From positions 1 through 60,256 of the forward strand of contig CAMOFE010000002.1 in assembly GCA_946613195.1 (NCBI GenBank): DNA of 60,256 nt, in the 5' to 3' direction. The position numbers and the translations under genes are program-made. Shown piece after piece: positions 18,761 to 28,304 of this stretch. Each line of letters begins with the position of its first letter. Position 1 is the stretch's first letter. The stretch is from an uncultured Alphaproteobacteria bacterium. GTDB taxonomy: Bacteria > Pseudomonadota > Alphaproteobacteria > Rs-D84. A model generated the notes under the pieces. It had not been told where the DNA came from, did not search any database, and was given only the letters and a program-made list of their open reading frames with translations.

Positions 18761-21358
18761 ATGGCAAAAAAACAAACTTTATCACCAAACCAAGATATTG
18801 CGGCGAATCCTGCGGAAAACGTATGGGTCCAGGCAAATGCAGGCACAGGTAAAACCAGTGTTCTGGTCCAACGTTTGTTGCGGATTTTGTTTCGCAGCGA
18901 TAACTTGGAAAAATCGGGCATTCTGTGTCTGACATATACCAATGCAGGGGCGGGTGAAATGCGCAATCGTATATTGCGCGCACTGCGTGCGTGGGCGGTT
19001 GCATCTGATGCGGAACTGCGTGATATGTTGGTTGGTGTTGCGTTTAATAAAGAACCAACCGATTCAGACATTGCGCATGCGCGTGAAATATTCTTTTACT
19101 ATATTGATAATCCAGATGTGTTAAAAATTAAAACAATTCACGGTTTTTGTGAAGAAATTTTGCGCCGTTTCCCAATAGAGGCAGGGCTGTCGCCATCATG
19201 GACATTGGTGTCAGATGCAAATCAACGTGTTTTATTGCAAGATGCATTTACAAATATGATAAATAACCCGAACGATGATAAAATTCTTGATGCTTTTATG
19301 CATATAGTCGGACGTGTTTCAGAACATTATATGTCTGATTTGCTGGCCATCGTCAGTGGTCAATATAAACGTTTTTTTGGAATAAACGATTTTATAAAAT
19401 ATCGCCAATACTTTATTGATAAAACATATAATTATTTAGAATTAAATACAGAATTTGACGATAAAATACCTGTACAAAATCTGAAAAGAATCATAGAATT
19501 TGCAAAAAACGATAAAAGTCCGGCAAAATATCTGGATGAACTTGTAAAATTGACTGAACAATATATTGATAAAACGATTGATTTTGATGAATATAAATTT
19601 GCATACTTGAAATCTGATGGTGGGCGCATTCTGAATGTGTCAAAAAAAGATTATTTGGTTGCGGAACAAAATCGTGTCTATGTTGTAAATCAACGAAATA
19701 TAAACAAGCAGATTTTTGATGATACGGTTGCGTTATTTGATTTATCGGCGGCATTTGCGGTGGAATATCGTAAATTAAAAAATATGCGCGCTGTTTTAGA
19801 TTTTGATGATTTGATTTTATATACACGAAAATTGTTTTCTAATCCTGAAACGATGGGTTGGGTGCTGTCGCAGTTGGATTTGTCTTTGTCGCATATACTG
19901 GTGGACGAGGCCCAAGATACCAGCCAGATGCAATGGGATATAATGCGTATGTTGGCGGGTGATTTTTTTGTGAGTGGTGATACTGGTAAAATGCCGCATT
20001 CTATGTTTGTTGTTGGTGATACTAAACAGTCTATTTATGGTTTTCAAGGGGCAGATCCAAACGCTTTTGCCGCCAGTCGTGCTGAAATTGCGCGACAAAT
20101 CGCAGGTAATATGCGCACAATACGCGAAGTTCCATTGGATCAGAGTTTTCGTTCCTTGCCATCAATATTATACGCGGTTGACTGTTTTTTTGGCGATGCA
20201 AACGTGCAGCGTCAGACCGGTTTTGTAAATAATAAACACGCGGTTTTTCGCCGTGATAATAATGGGTTGGTTGAAACATATAAACTGATTTCTAAACAAA
20301 CAGATGGTGCAGATGTTCGCGCATATATTTGTATGATTGCCGACAAGATAAAGTCTTTGATTGATTCTGGGCGGTATGTTGCGCGCGATATAATGGTGTT
20401 GGTTCAGCAACGCGCCCCAATGGCGGCACCTTTGGTTTATGAATTAAAGCGTCGTGGCATAGATGTTGCGGGCAGTGATAGGATTGTTTTGCCGGACTTT
20501 ATGCCGGTGCGCGACTTGATGAATTTGGTGCGTTTCTGTATGGATGTAACAGATGATTATAGTTTGTGCTGTGTGTTAAAAAGTCCGATTTATTATTTGT
20601 GTGAAGCCGATATTTTTAATTTGTGTAATTTGCGAAATGTTGAAAACGCCGCGCGAAAATCTGAATCTGAAAATCCTGATTTTATAACTGTGTTTGATGT
20701 GTTGCGGGATGTGCATCCTGATATATATTCTGATTTAGAAAAGATTGTTGATTGGGCAAAAAATATGGCACCTTATTCTTTCTTTTCGCGTGTGATGAAT
20801 GAATGTGGTGTGCGTGAACGAATGATTGCCGCCATGGGTAATCAGGTAATTGACCCATTAGAAGAATTTATGACGATTTGTTTATCGTATGAACGTACCC
20901 AGCCAGGTACATTGCGACATTTTATCAAATGGTTTATTACGGGCGGATCGGAAATCAAGCGTGATATGGATGCGGCAAATGGTGTGCGTGTTGCAACGGT
21001 GCATGGTTCCAAAGGGTTAGAAGCACCTGTGGTGTTCTTGATTGATACTGTGCGTACGCCCGGTGTTGACGATATTATACCAACAACAGACGGTTTGTGG
21101 TTGTGGACGCCACGCACCAACGGCAGTGAAGTTTGTCGTTCTGCATCTGATGCGGCGATGCGCAACCAAATTGCAGAATATTACAGATTATTATATGTTG
21201 CGATGACACGTGCGCGTGATGAATTGTATATTTATGGTTTTACACCATATAAAAATGTCCCAGAAATATCATGGTATAGTATGTTGTGGAATGTGTTTTC
21301 GGAAATGTCAGGTATAGAAAAAACAGATGATAAGTTAAGGATTATTCATGGCAAATAA
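18761..21358 (+). CDS. addA: Double-strand break repair helicase AddA (helicase portion; nuclease domain encoded separately)
   Basis: N-terminus VWVQANAGTGKTSVLVQRLLRIL...ILCLTYTNAGAGEM is the alphaproteobacterial AddA / UvrD-REP Walker A region. VDEAQDTS and VGDTKQSIYGFQGA are further helicase motifs. It ends 11 nt inside the next ORF. Confidence 0.8.
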   Translation: MAKKQTLSPNQDIAANPAENVWVQANAGTGKTSVLVQRLLRILFRSDNLEKSGILCLTYTNAGAGEMRNRILRALRAWAVASDAELRDMLVGVAFNKEPTDSDIAHAREIFFYYIDNPDVLKIKTIHGFCEEILRRFPIEAGLSPSWTLVSDANQRVLLQDAFTNMINNPNDDKILDAFMHIVGRVSEHYMSDLLAIVSGQYKRFFGINDFIKYRQYFIDKTYNYLELNTEFDDKIPVQNLKRIIEFAKNDKSPAKYLDELVKLTEQYIDKTIDFDEYKFAYLKSDGGRILNVSKKDYLVAEQNRVYVVNQRNINKQIFDDTVALFDLSAAFAVEYRKLKNMRAVLDFDDLILYTRKLFSNPETMGWVLSQLDLSLSHILVDEAQDTSQMQWDIMRMLAGDFFVSGDTGKMPHSMFVVGDTKQSIYGFQGADPNAFAASRAEIARQIAGNMRTIREVPLDQSFRSLPSILYAVDCFFGDANVQRQTGFVNNKHAVFRRDNNGLVETYKLISKQTDGADVRAYICMIADKIKSLIDSGRYVARDIMVLVQQRAPMAAPLVYELKRRGIDVAGSDRIVLPDFMPVRDLMNLVRFCMDVTDDYSLCCVLKSPIYYLCEADIFNLCNLRNVENAARKSESENPDFITVFDVLRDVHPDIYSDLEKIVDWAKNMAPYSFFSRVMNECGVRERMIAAMGNQVIDPLEEFMTICLSYERTQPGTLRHFIKWFITGGSEIKRDMDAANGVRVATVHGSKGLEAPVVFLIDTVRTPGVDDIIPTTDGLWLWTPRTNGSEVCRSASDAAMRNQIAEYYRLLYVAMTRARDELYIYGFTPYKNVPEISWYSMLWNVFSEMSGIEKTDDKLRIIHGK

Positions 21359-21791
21359 TGTACGCGAATTATTACAAGAATACGACGATATGAAATACGC
21401 AACAGAAAACGGTTTGATGCGTCATGCACAGATGCAATCTGTGCGTATGGGCGATTCTGGGTTGTGTGGCGATGATGAAATTATTGCGATAATAAAATCG
21501 CACCCAGAATTGGCAAAATTTTTCGTAAAAAATTCCAGGGCAGAGGTTCCCGTGGCAGGTATTGTTCGTGGTAAATTTATTAGCCGACGAATAGATAGAT
21601 TAGTGGTTGAAACAGATACAAAACAAGTGCTGATTTTGGATTATAAAACAGATGTTGATAAAAAATCGTTGCGCGATAAATATTTATATCAATTAAGTGA
21701 ATATAAAGAGTTATTAAAACAAGTTTATCCAGATTATACTATTAAAGCTTATATTTTATGGCTGCATGATTGGGAATTAGAATTGGTATAA
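21348..21791 (+). CDS. PD-(D/E)xK nuclease domain protein corresponding to the AddA C-terminal nuclease
   Basis: GKFISRRIDRLVVETDTKQVLILDYKTD is the RecB-like nuclease motif (D...D/ExK). It is in frame +1 relative to addA, with an ATGGCAAATAA overlap. Confidence 0.7.
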   Translation: MANNVRELLQEYDDMKYATENGLMRHAQMQSVRMGDSGLCGDDEIIAIIKSHPELAKFFVKNSRAEVPVAGIVRGKFISRRIDRLVVETDTKQVLILDYKTDVDKKSLRDKYLYQLSEYKELLKQVYPDYTIKAYILWLHDWELELV

Positions 21792-21832
21792 TTATCTTGA
21801 ATTTGCAACAATAATATCTGTATAATTCTGGC

Positions 21833-23485
21833 ATGTTAAGATGTTTAAGTATTTCTAATGTTGTATTGATTGAAAAACTGAATCTGGAATTCGGACGTGG
21901 GTTAAATATACTGACCGGGGAAACGGGTGCCGGTAAAAGTATTTTAATGGATGCGTTGGCATTGGCGTTGGGTGCGCGTGGCGATGCGGGTTTGGTGCGA
22001 CATGGTACAGATATGGCATCTGTGGTGGCGGAATTTGACAGTGTACCAAATGAATTGTTCGGCACATTGGATGAAAATGCTATTGAATATGCGGATGGAC
22101 TGATTTTGCGCCGTACTTTATCTGCAGATGGCAAGGGGCGCGCATGGGTTAACGATGTGCCAGTATCTGTTAAATTATTAAAGCAGATTGGTGATAGTCT
22201 GGTTGAAATTCATGGGCAATTTGCCAATCACACATTGTTAAATCCGGCAACGCATCGTGAAACACTGGATTTGTTCGCAAGTATCAATATTGATGGTTTT
22301 GCCGATTTGTCGCATTCGGTGCGTATGGCATATGCGCAATATCACAATGCGGAATTGCAATTACGCGATTTGCGCGAAATGTTGGAACGCAGTGCAAATG
22401 AACGCGATTTCTTGGCACACAATGTTGCAGAATTAAAAAAACTAAACCCCCGGCCTGGCGAAGAAGATGAATTATCAACACGGCGCGCACAAATTATGGA
22501 TGCAGAAAAAAGTGCGGCGATACTGAACGATGCAAACGAATCGTTGAATCCAAATGGTGTATCGTTGGAATCAATGGTGTTTAATGCGGCGCATATTTTA
22601 GAACGTCTGCGAACAGATCCAAATCCATACAGCGAACAAATTGATAAACTGTATAATATCGCCCAAGAATTGGCGACTGTATCTGATGAATTGCGTCCAA
22701 CTGCATTTGATAAAGATGATATAGATGCAATAGAAGAACGATTGTTCGCAATTCGCAGTTTGGCACGAAAACATCGCGTTGCGGCAGATGAATTATCAAA
22801 TAAATTGGCGGATATGGAATCGCAACTGAATGCGATTGATAATTCAGATGCAGAATTACAAAAATTAACAGTGCTGGTTAAAAAATATAAATCAGAATTT
22901 GATGAATTGGCAAATAAATTGTCCGGGGCGCGGCGTACGGCGGCAGATTTAATGCGCACGCGCATTTTGACGGAATTGCCAGACCTGAAACTGGGGAATG
23001 CTGATTTTATGGTAGATATTACCGATACAAATGCGTGTGCGCATGGTGCAGATGATGTTGTGTTTATGATAAAAACAAACCCAGGATCGCCATTTGCGCC
23101 ATTACATCGGGCGGCATCTGGTGGAGAATTGGCACGACTGATGTTGGTGCTGCGTGTGGTGTTGGCGGGTTCTGATTCATCGCACACATTTGTTTTTGAC
23201 GAAGTTGATACCGGTATCAGTGGTGCAACTGCATCGGCGGTTGGGTTGCGATTAAATAAATTGGCAGAAAAATCCCAGGCAATCGTTATAACTCATTCTG
23301 CCCAGGTTGCAGGCTTTGCGGACAAGCATTTCAAGATTGCGAAGCACAGCACAGATGATAAAACAACAACAACAGTATCAGAAATTACAGGAAACGACCG
23401 TATAAACGAAATTGCACGTATAATCAGTGGTGCAGAAATTACTCCAGAATCCGTTGCCACCGCCAAGACACTGATAAAATCATAG
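21833..23485 (+). CDS. recN: DNA repair protein RecN
   Basis: LSISNVVLIEKLNLEFGRGLNILTGETGAGKSILMDAL, a coiled-coil middle, and C-terminal SGGELARLMLVL / FDEVDTGISG. Confidence 0.9.
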   Translation: MLRCLSISNVVLIEKLNLEFGRGLNILTGETGAGKSILMDALALALGARGDAGLVRHGTDMASVVAEFDSVPNELFGTLDENAIEYADGLILRRTLSADGKGRAWVNDVPVSVKLLKQIGDSLVEIHGQFANHTLLNPATHRETLDLFASINIDGFADLSHSVRMAYAQYHNAELQLRDLREMLERSANERDFLAHNVAELKKLNPRPGEEDELSTRRAQIMDAEKSAAILNDANESLNPNGVSLESMVFNAAHILERLRTDPNPYSEQIDKLYNIAQELATVSDELRPTAFDKDDIDAIEERLFAIRSLARKHRVAADELSNKLADMESQLNAIDNSDAELQKLTVLVKKYKSEFDELANKLSGARRTAADLMRTRILTELPDLKLGNADFMVDITDTNACAHGADDVVFMIKTNPGSPFAPLHRAASGGELARLMLVLRVVLAGSDSSHTFVFDEVDTGISGATASAVGLRLNKLAEKSQAIVITHSAQVAGFADKHFKIAKHSTDDKTTTTVSEITGNDRINEIARIISGAEITPESVATAKTLIKS

Positions 23486-24715
23486 ATTTATAACCCCGTC
23501 TGCGAATTCAATAGTGGCGGGGTGGGGCGCGTTTTCTGCGCGTGAAATTATGTTACCAGACCCATCGCGCACAATTGCATAGCCACGCGATAGTACATTT
23601 TTATAACTTAAACTGTTCAGCATCTGACCCATATGAGAAATTGCTTGGTTTAATGACGCTCTGCGATTTTGCATGGTTATTGGGAACGTTGCCGCAGACA
23701 TCATTTGTTGTTTTGCGCTGGTGATTTTTGTGCCAATCATAACATTTATTGTGCGACCAATATCGTCCAGTCTTTGTGCATGTTCCATCACCATCTGTTT
23801 TGGACTTTTGATATTAATTGATTCAATACGCGTACGCGCATTGTCCAGACGCGTCAAGAATCCGCCGGCCAGACGATGCCATGCGTTTTCCAGTTCTGTT
23901 GAAATTGCCAGTTTTGTTGGTACAACCATCTCTGCCGCCCCGGTTGGGGTTGGTGCGCGCACATCTGCGGCATAATCAATCAGCATCCAATCTGGTTCAT
24001 GTCCCACGCCAGATATCAGTGGTATTTTTGATGCTGCGGCGGCGCGAACAACAATTTCTTCGGAAAAGGGCAATAAATCTTCCAACGAGCCGCCCCCGCG
24101 TGCAACAATTATAACATCAACATTTTGCATGCGGTTAAAGTATTCAATGCCACGCGCAACCTCGGTCGCGGCGGATTCACCCTGGACGGTTGCAGGGTAT
24201 AAAACAACAGTAACCGGAAATCGTTCGCGCAGACGGTTTTGTATATCTTGGAATGCGGCACCGGTTGGACTGGTTACAACGCCGATGCGACGCGGTAGTG
24301 CAGGCAGTGGCTTTTTACGCGATGTGTCAAACAGTCCTTCGGCCGCCAGTTTTTGTTTACGTGCCTCTAACATTTGCAGAATTGCGCCAACCCCCGCCAT
24401 TTCTAAACTGTTTATAATAAGTTGATAATTACTGCGCGCGGGGTATGTTGTCATGTGTCCTGTGGCGATTACTTCCATTCCTTCGTCCAGACGAAATGAT
24501 ATTGGTGTTCCGCGCCATATAATCGCAGATATTGCCGCCCCAGAATCCTTTATCGTCATATACATATGTCCAGATGATGCCCGGGTTATTTGTGATAATT
24601 CGCCACGAATTTTTATCGTGGCAAATGCGGTTTCAACGACACCTTTGAGTAATGCAGATGCATCTGATACACTGAAAACAGTATCTGGCGAAATAATTGG
24701 CGCTGGTTTTTGCAT
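23480..24715 (-). CDS. xseA: Exodeoxyribonuclease VII large subunit
   Basis: N-terminal OB-fold region (VSDASALLKGVVE...IRGELSQ), then RIGVVTSPTGAA and IIVARGGGSLEDL. Confidence 0.9.
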   Translation of the reverse strand: MQKPAPIISPDTVFSVSDASALLKGVVETAFATIKIRGELSQITRASSGHMYMTIKDSGAAISAIIWRGTPISFRLDEGMEVIATGHMTTYPARSNYQLIINSLEMAGVGAILQMLEARKQKLAAEGLFDTSRKKPLPALPRRIGVVTSPTGAAFQDIQNRLRERFPVTVVLYPATVQGESAATEVARGIEYFNRMQNVDVIIVARGGGSLEDLLPFSEEIVVRAAAASKIPLISGVGHEPDWMLIDYAADVRAPTPTGAAEMVVPTKLAISTELENAWHRLAGGFLTRLDNARTRIESINIKSPKQMVMEHAQRLDDIGRTINVMIGTKITSAKQQMMSAATFPITMQNRRASLNQAISHMGQMLNSLSYKNVLSRGYAIVRDGSGNIISRAENAPHPATIEFADGVINL

Positions 24716-24720
24716 CTGGA

Positions 24721-25203
24721 TTAATCCTTTTGTTTTTTCTGAATCATATCAATAAATCGTGCCACAGATTTATCATTGCCCTTTGTTTTAATTTCATAAC
24801 CGATATGGTATGGAATTTCGGTTACGCCCATATTTGTATATTGGTCGTATGTTAAGTCCAGTATAATATTTGACGGTTTATGTATCAAATAGTGATGTGG
24901 GCCATATGTCCATAAATCGTTTATATACATCACACGCCAATCGCGTTTAGTGGTGTTCATTAGTTGCGCAAATGCCGTACTAGCAACGCGACAAAAACCA
25001 TCAGAATCATATCGGAATACATCGGGGTTTATATTGTCAGAAAAAGCCGCGTATTTAATGGTTGGTATCTTAAATGATTCACGAAACAGCAAAACTAAAT
25101 TGTGCGCGCGCGTGTTTGCATTGTGTGATAAGCCAATCTGGCTGACTTTTTTTAATAAATTCTGTGTGGCGTTTTTATAAAGAATTTCTTGTTCTGGTGT
25201 CAT
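24721..25203 (-). CDS. Hypothetical protein, paralog B (putative Cys-His-Asp hydrolase-like signature)
   Basis: 160 aa from MTPEQ. Contains GFCRVAS ... GPHHYLI ... ILDLTYDQY. Homologous by eye to the adjacent ORF 25205-25684. Confidence 0.55.
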   Translation of the reverse strand: MTPEQEILYKNATQNLLKKVSQIGLSHNANTRAHNLVLLFRESFKIPTIKYAAFSDNINPDVFRYDSDGFCRVASTAFAQLMNTTKRDWRVMYINDLWTYGPHHYLIHKPSNIILDLTYDQYTNMGVTEIPYHIGYEIKTKGNDKSVARFIDMIQKKQKD

Positions 25204-25204
25204 T

Positions 25205-25684
25205 TTATTTCCGCCCCAGTTCCATTTGCAACACACGCTGGAACATATCTTTATTTGGCGTGCGTAGTCGGTTTATATCCAATGGTTTACCCAGTTCATA
25301 TGGAATTGTTTCAGGATAAAAATGTTCGCCCGTTGTACCAAAATTTATTCCCGTTGCTTTATCGCGTAAAAATACCACAGACCCGCGCACCCAATCATTG
25401 CCACGGATTGCCATCATATCCCAGACATCTGATGCGCCGTACATTTCATATATAACAACACTGGCCATTGCACAGAATCCAGATGACCATTTGTTTTCGG
25501 ACATTTTACTGCCGACAAATTTATTATGAAAAATTGGATCTTTGTAAATATTACGCAATGCCAATGTTATTTCCGGCAGGGTATATTTCGCATTAATTTT
25601 ATCTTTATTGGCATTATGGATCTGTTCGGCCAGTTTAACTGTTGCGCGTGTAAAATCTTCGTATCTGTCGGCATAATTTTTCAT
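25205..25684 (-). CDS. Hypothetical protein, paralog A (Cys retained, His/Asp positions substituted)
   Basis: 159 aa. GFCAMAS ... RGSVVFL ... INFGTTGEHF ... IPYELG aligns with paralog B. Confidence 0.55.
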   Translation of the reverse strand: MKNYADRYEDFTRATVKLAEQIHNANKDKINAKYTLPEITLALRNIYKDPIFHNKFVGSKMSENKWSSGFCAMASVVIYEMYGASDVWDMMAIRGNDWVRGSVVFLRDKATGINFGTTGEHFYPETIPYELGKPLDINRLRTPNKDMFQRVLQMELGRK

Positions 25685-25704
25685 AATTCATATTGTATCA
25701 TATT

Positions 25705-26829
25705 CTATAATTCTGTCAACGGCCAGCGTGGACGGGGCGCAATCGGTGTGCGGACAATATTACCAATACGATAATTTTCCAAACCTGCCCATGCAATCAT
25801 TGCGCCATTATCTGTACACAGCGACATTGGTGGCGCAGCAAATATCATATTGTGTTTTTTTGCCATTTGTTCCATCGCGCTGCGGATTGCACTGTTTTTG
25901 GCAACGCCGCCGGCAACCACCAGTGTTTGTGGCTTTGCATCGCGTATGCGTGAATCTGACATTGCGTGGTTCAGTCTGTTGATTATGCAATCAACAACAG
26001 ATGCCTGGAAAGACGCACAGAAATCGTTTATAAATTCATCGCTGTGTGGGGCGGGGGTGCGTTCTAAAAAAGTGCGTGCGGCGGTTTTTATACCGCTAAA
26101 ACTGAAATCGCATCCTGGTTTGTCGCACAGGGGGCGCGGAAACGCAAAAGCGGTTGGATTGCCAGACTTTGCACGTGCATCAACCACTGGGCCACCTGGG
26201 TATCCCAGATTCAGCATTGTTGCGATTTTATCAAACGCTTCGCCGGCACTGTCGTCCAGTGTTTGTCCAATCAATTCATATTTGCCAACCCCACGCACCA
26301 GCAAGATTTGACAATGTCCGCCCGATGCCAACATTAACAGATACGGAAAATCAACCGATGTCGCACCATCAGAATTATTTGCCGTTGCCGCATGCAGACG
26401 TGGAACCAATGCGTGTCCTTCCAGATGGTTTACAGCAACCAATGGTTTGCCTGTACTTTGGGCGATACCGACCGCCGCCATCCATCCAACCAATACACCA
26501 CCAATCAGACCAGGTCCCGCGGTTGCCGCAATAACATCAATGTCGTTGATTGATTTGTTGGCTTTTTCCAAAGTGCGTTTTATAACTTCGTCAATCGCCA
26601 AGATATGTGCGCGTGCCGCCAGTTCTGGGACGACACCACCGTATTTCTGATGCTCTGGTATTTGGGAATAAATAATATGCGACAGTATATTGCGATTAGA
26701 ATCAACAATCGCCGCAGATGTTTCATCACACGACGATTCAATCCCCAGACACAGGGTGGGGCGTGAATCTGTTGTGTCGCCACTGGGCATAGCGCCCATA
26801 TCTGTATGAATAATTTTTTCGTTTGTCAT
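25705..26829 (-). CDS. tsaD: tRNA N6-adenosine threonylcarbamoyltransferase
   Basis: LCLGIESSCDETSAAIV, LMLASGGHCQ, GGVAKNSAIR. The N-terminal ~25 aa extension is uncertain; alternative ATGs lie at 26799 and 26790. Confidence 0.85.
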   Translation of the reverse strand: MTNEKIIHTDMGAMPSGDTTDSRPTLCLGIESSCDETSAAIVDSNRNILSHIIYSQIPEHQKYGGVVPELAARAHILAIDEVIKRTLEKANKSINDIDVIAATAGPGLIGGVLVGWMAAVGIAQSTGKPLVAVNHLEGHALVPRLHAATANNSDGATSVDFPYLLMLASGGHCQILLVRGVGKYELIGQTLDDSAGEAFDKIATMLNLGYPGGPVVDARAKSGNPTAFAFPRPLCDKPGCDFSFSGIKTAARTFLERTPAPHSDEFINDFCASFQASVVDCIINRLNHAMSDSRIRDAKPQTLVVAGGVAKNSAIRSAMEQMAKKHNMIFAAPPMSLCTDNGAMIAWAGLENYRIGNIVRTPIAPRPRWPLTEL

Positions 26830-27527
26830 TTTATTTTTACCAATGCAATGCCAATATTGTTGGGCATATGTTTTCGTTTTGCGATGTATTGTGCAAAGTC
26901 TGTATCAACAACCGCCCCTGCCGATGACGATGCGTGTCGCAGAATCTTGCCACCCGGCAATAAAAATCCCATATGCACAATCGCCATATCTGTACCAATC
27001 TTAGCAGTATTTTTTGATTTTCCAACAACAAATAGAACAATTAATGGCGCGGTGTTTTTTATGTCTTGCAGGTTTTCGTACGGTATATATTTTATATCTG
27101 TTGATTCTGGAACAAAGTCTGTGTGTACATTATAAACGCGGTTAAACCAAGACTGTTTATCAATTGTTATATGTCGTGTTTTTGCGCCATCAAATTGATT
27201 ACTAATGTTTTCAATGATATTATGATTGTTGTTCAGCCAGTCTGTTTCAATAAAGTGATTGCGATTCGTAAACGCGATTTTACCGTTTTTATATCTAATT
27301 TTTATTAATTTATTTTTATCACCATCTGCCAATACTGTTTCAACAAAGGTCATACAATCAAACGCATCTGTTCGTATCAATGGGTCAGAATCATAACCTG
27401 TTTCTTCGCCCAGCGGGTCTGATATATATTTTGCACCTAAATATTCTGCGCCGATATTATTTTCTGCAAATGTGCCGCCTGAACATGCAACCAAAAATAA
27501 AAACAGAAACAGTTTCTTTATCGGCAT
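26826..27527 (-). CDS. Lipoprotein, DUF1460/AmiA-like (NlpC/P60-like Cys-His) putative cell-wall hydrolase
   Basis: Lipobox MPIKKLFLFLFLVAC. AFDCMTFVETVLA (candidate nucleophile Cys) and a later HMGFLL resemble DUF1460 as I recall it. ATGA overlap with tsaD. Confidence 0.5.
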   Translation of the reverse strand: MPIKKLFLFLFLVACSGGTFAENNIGAEYLGAKYISDPLGEETGYDSDPLIRTDAFDCMTFVETVLADGDKNKLIKIRYKNGKIAFTNRNHFIETDWLNNNHNIIENISNQFDGAKTRHITIDKQSWFNRVYNVHTDFVPESTDIKYIPYENLQDIKNTAPLIVLFVVGKSKNTAKIGTDMAIVHMGFLLPGGKILRHASSSAGAVVDTDFAQYIAKRKHMPNNIGIALVKIK

Positions 27528-27529
27528 AC

Positions 27530-27835
27530 TTATAAATTCGCCTTTAATTGAATCCCAGTGTAACACAAAGATACCGCATCGCGTACTTTCATTTCAGTTG
27601 AATCAGGCAGTGTCGCCATTTTGTCAACACATGCAACGACAGAATCAACATTTTCTTCGGATGCCAACAGTATTTTTGTTGCGGCAACGCGCCGTTCAGT
27701 TGATGCAGTCGGCCAATTTTTTAACGTGTCACCTTCTAAATCAGTGGATTTTTGTGTTCTGAAAAATATAAATGCGACAGTAAATAAAACCGCAATACCA
27801 ATTAAAAACAATAATACTCTTTTTAATAAACGCAT
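27530..27835 (-). CDS. Small membrane-anchored hypothetical protein
   Basis: 101 aa with an N-terminal TM helix. The ATG is preceded by AAAGGGG. Confidence 0.5.
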   Translation of the reverse strand: MRLLKRVLLFLIGIAVLFTVAFIFFRTQKSTDLEGDTLKNWPTASTERRVAATKILLASEENVDSVVACVDKMATLPDSTEMKVRDAVSLCYTGIQLKANL

Positions 27836-27850
27836 AATTTTACCCCTTTG

Positions 27851-28195
27851 TTATTGACAGTTAACCAGCCACAAATCATAGTCTGGATTTTGTAACGGAT
27901 TTTGTCCTGGTTCATTACGATTCATCCATCCGCCAAATATTTTGCCACGCGATGCATCCGTAATTTCGGCAAACATAAAATGATTTTCCGCATCAAATGG
28001 GTCAGATTGCAGGCATGCCCGCACCGTGACAGTTAGTTTTTCATATTCTGTGGTGCGACCAACAGGTATTGTAATTGTTTGGGTTTTGCCCGCGGCCTTG
28101 TTCATAATGCGAACAACGGCATAATCACGTTGTTGATATGCGAATGCCGGTACGGCACCAATTAAAAATGTAAAAATTAAGAATATTTTTTTCAT
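27851..28195 (-). CDS. DUF2155 domain secreted protein (alphaproteobacterial)
   Basis: Signal peptide MKKIFLIFTFLIGAVPAFA. VVRIMNKAAGKTQTITIPVGRTTEYEKLTVTVRAC...FAEI...IFGGWM...DYDLWLVNC matches the DUF2155 pattern. Confidence 0.7.
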   Translation of the reverse strand: MKKIFLIFTFLIGAVPAFAYQQRDYAVVRIMNKAAGKTQTITIPVGRTTEYEKLTVTVRACLQSDPFDAENHFMFAEITDASRGKIFGGWMNRNEPGQNPLQNPDYDLWLVNCQ

Positions 28196-28274
28196 GCTGA
28201 ATATTTTATCGTTGTATGCAACAGATGTCAAATGTATAAATTTTTTTAGTTGTTGGTAGATATATTATCAAACA

Positions 28275-28304
28275 ATAAAAAAAATCGCCCAAAAGGGCGA
28301 TGTT
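28275..28304 (-). terminator. Intrinsic terminator after rplS
   Basis: Minus strand reads TCGCCC-TTTT-GGGCGA followed by TTTTTTTT. Confidence 0.75.

Noticed and set aside
22342-23187. 281-aa minus-strand ORF.
   Set aside because: It lies entirely within recN, which is unambiguous. No start context or motif supports it.
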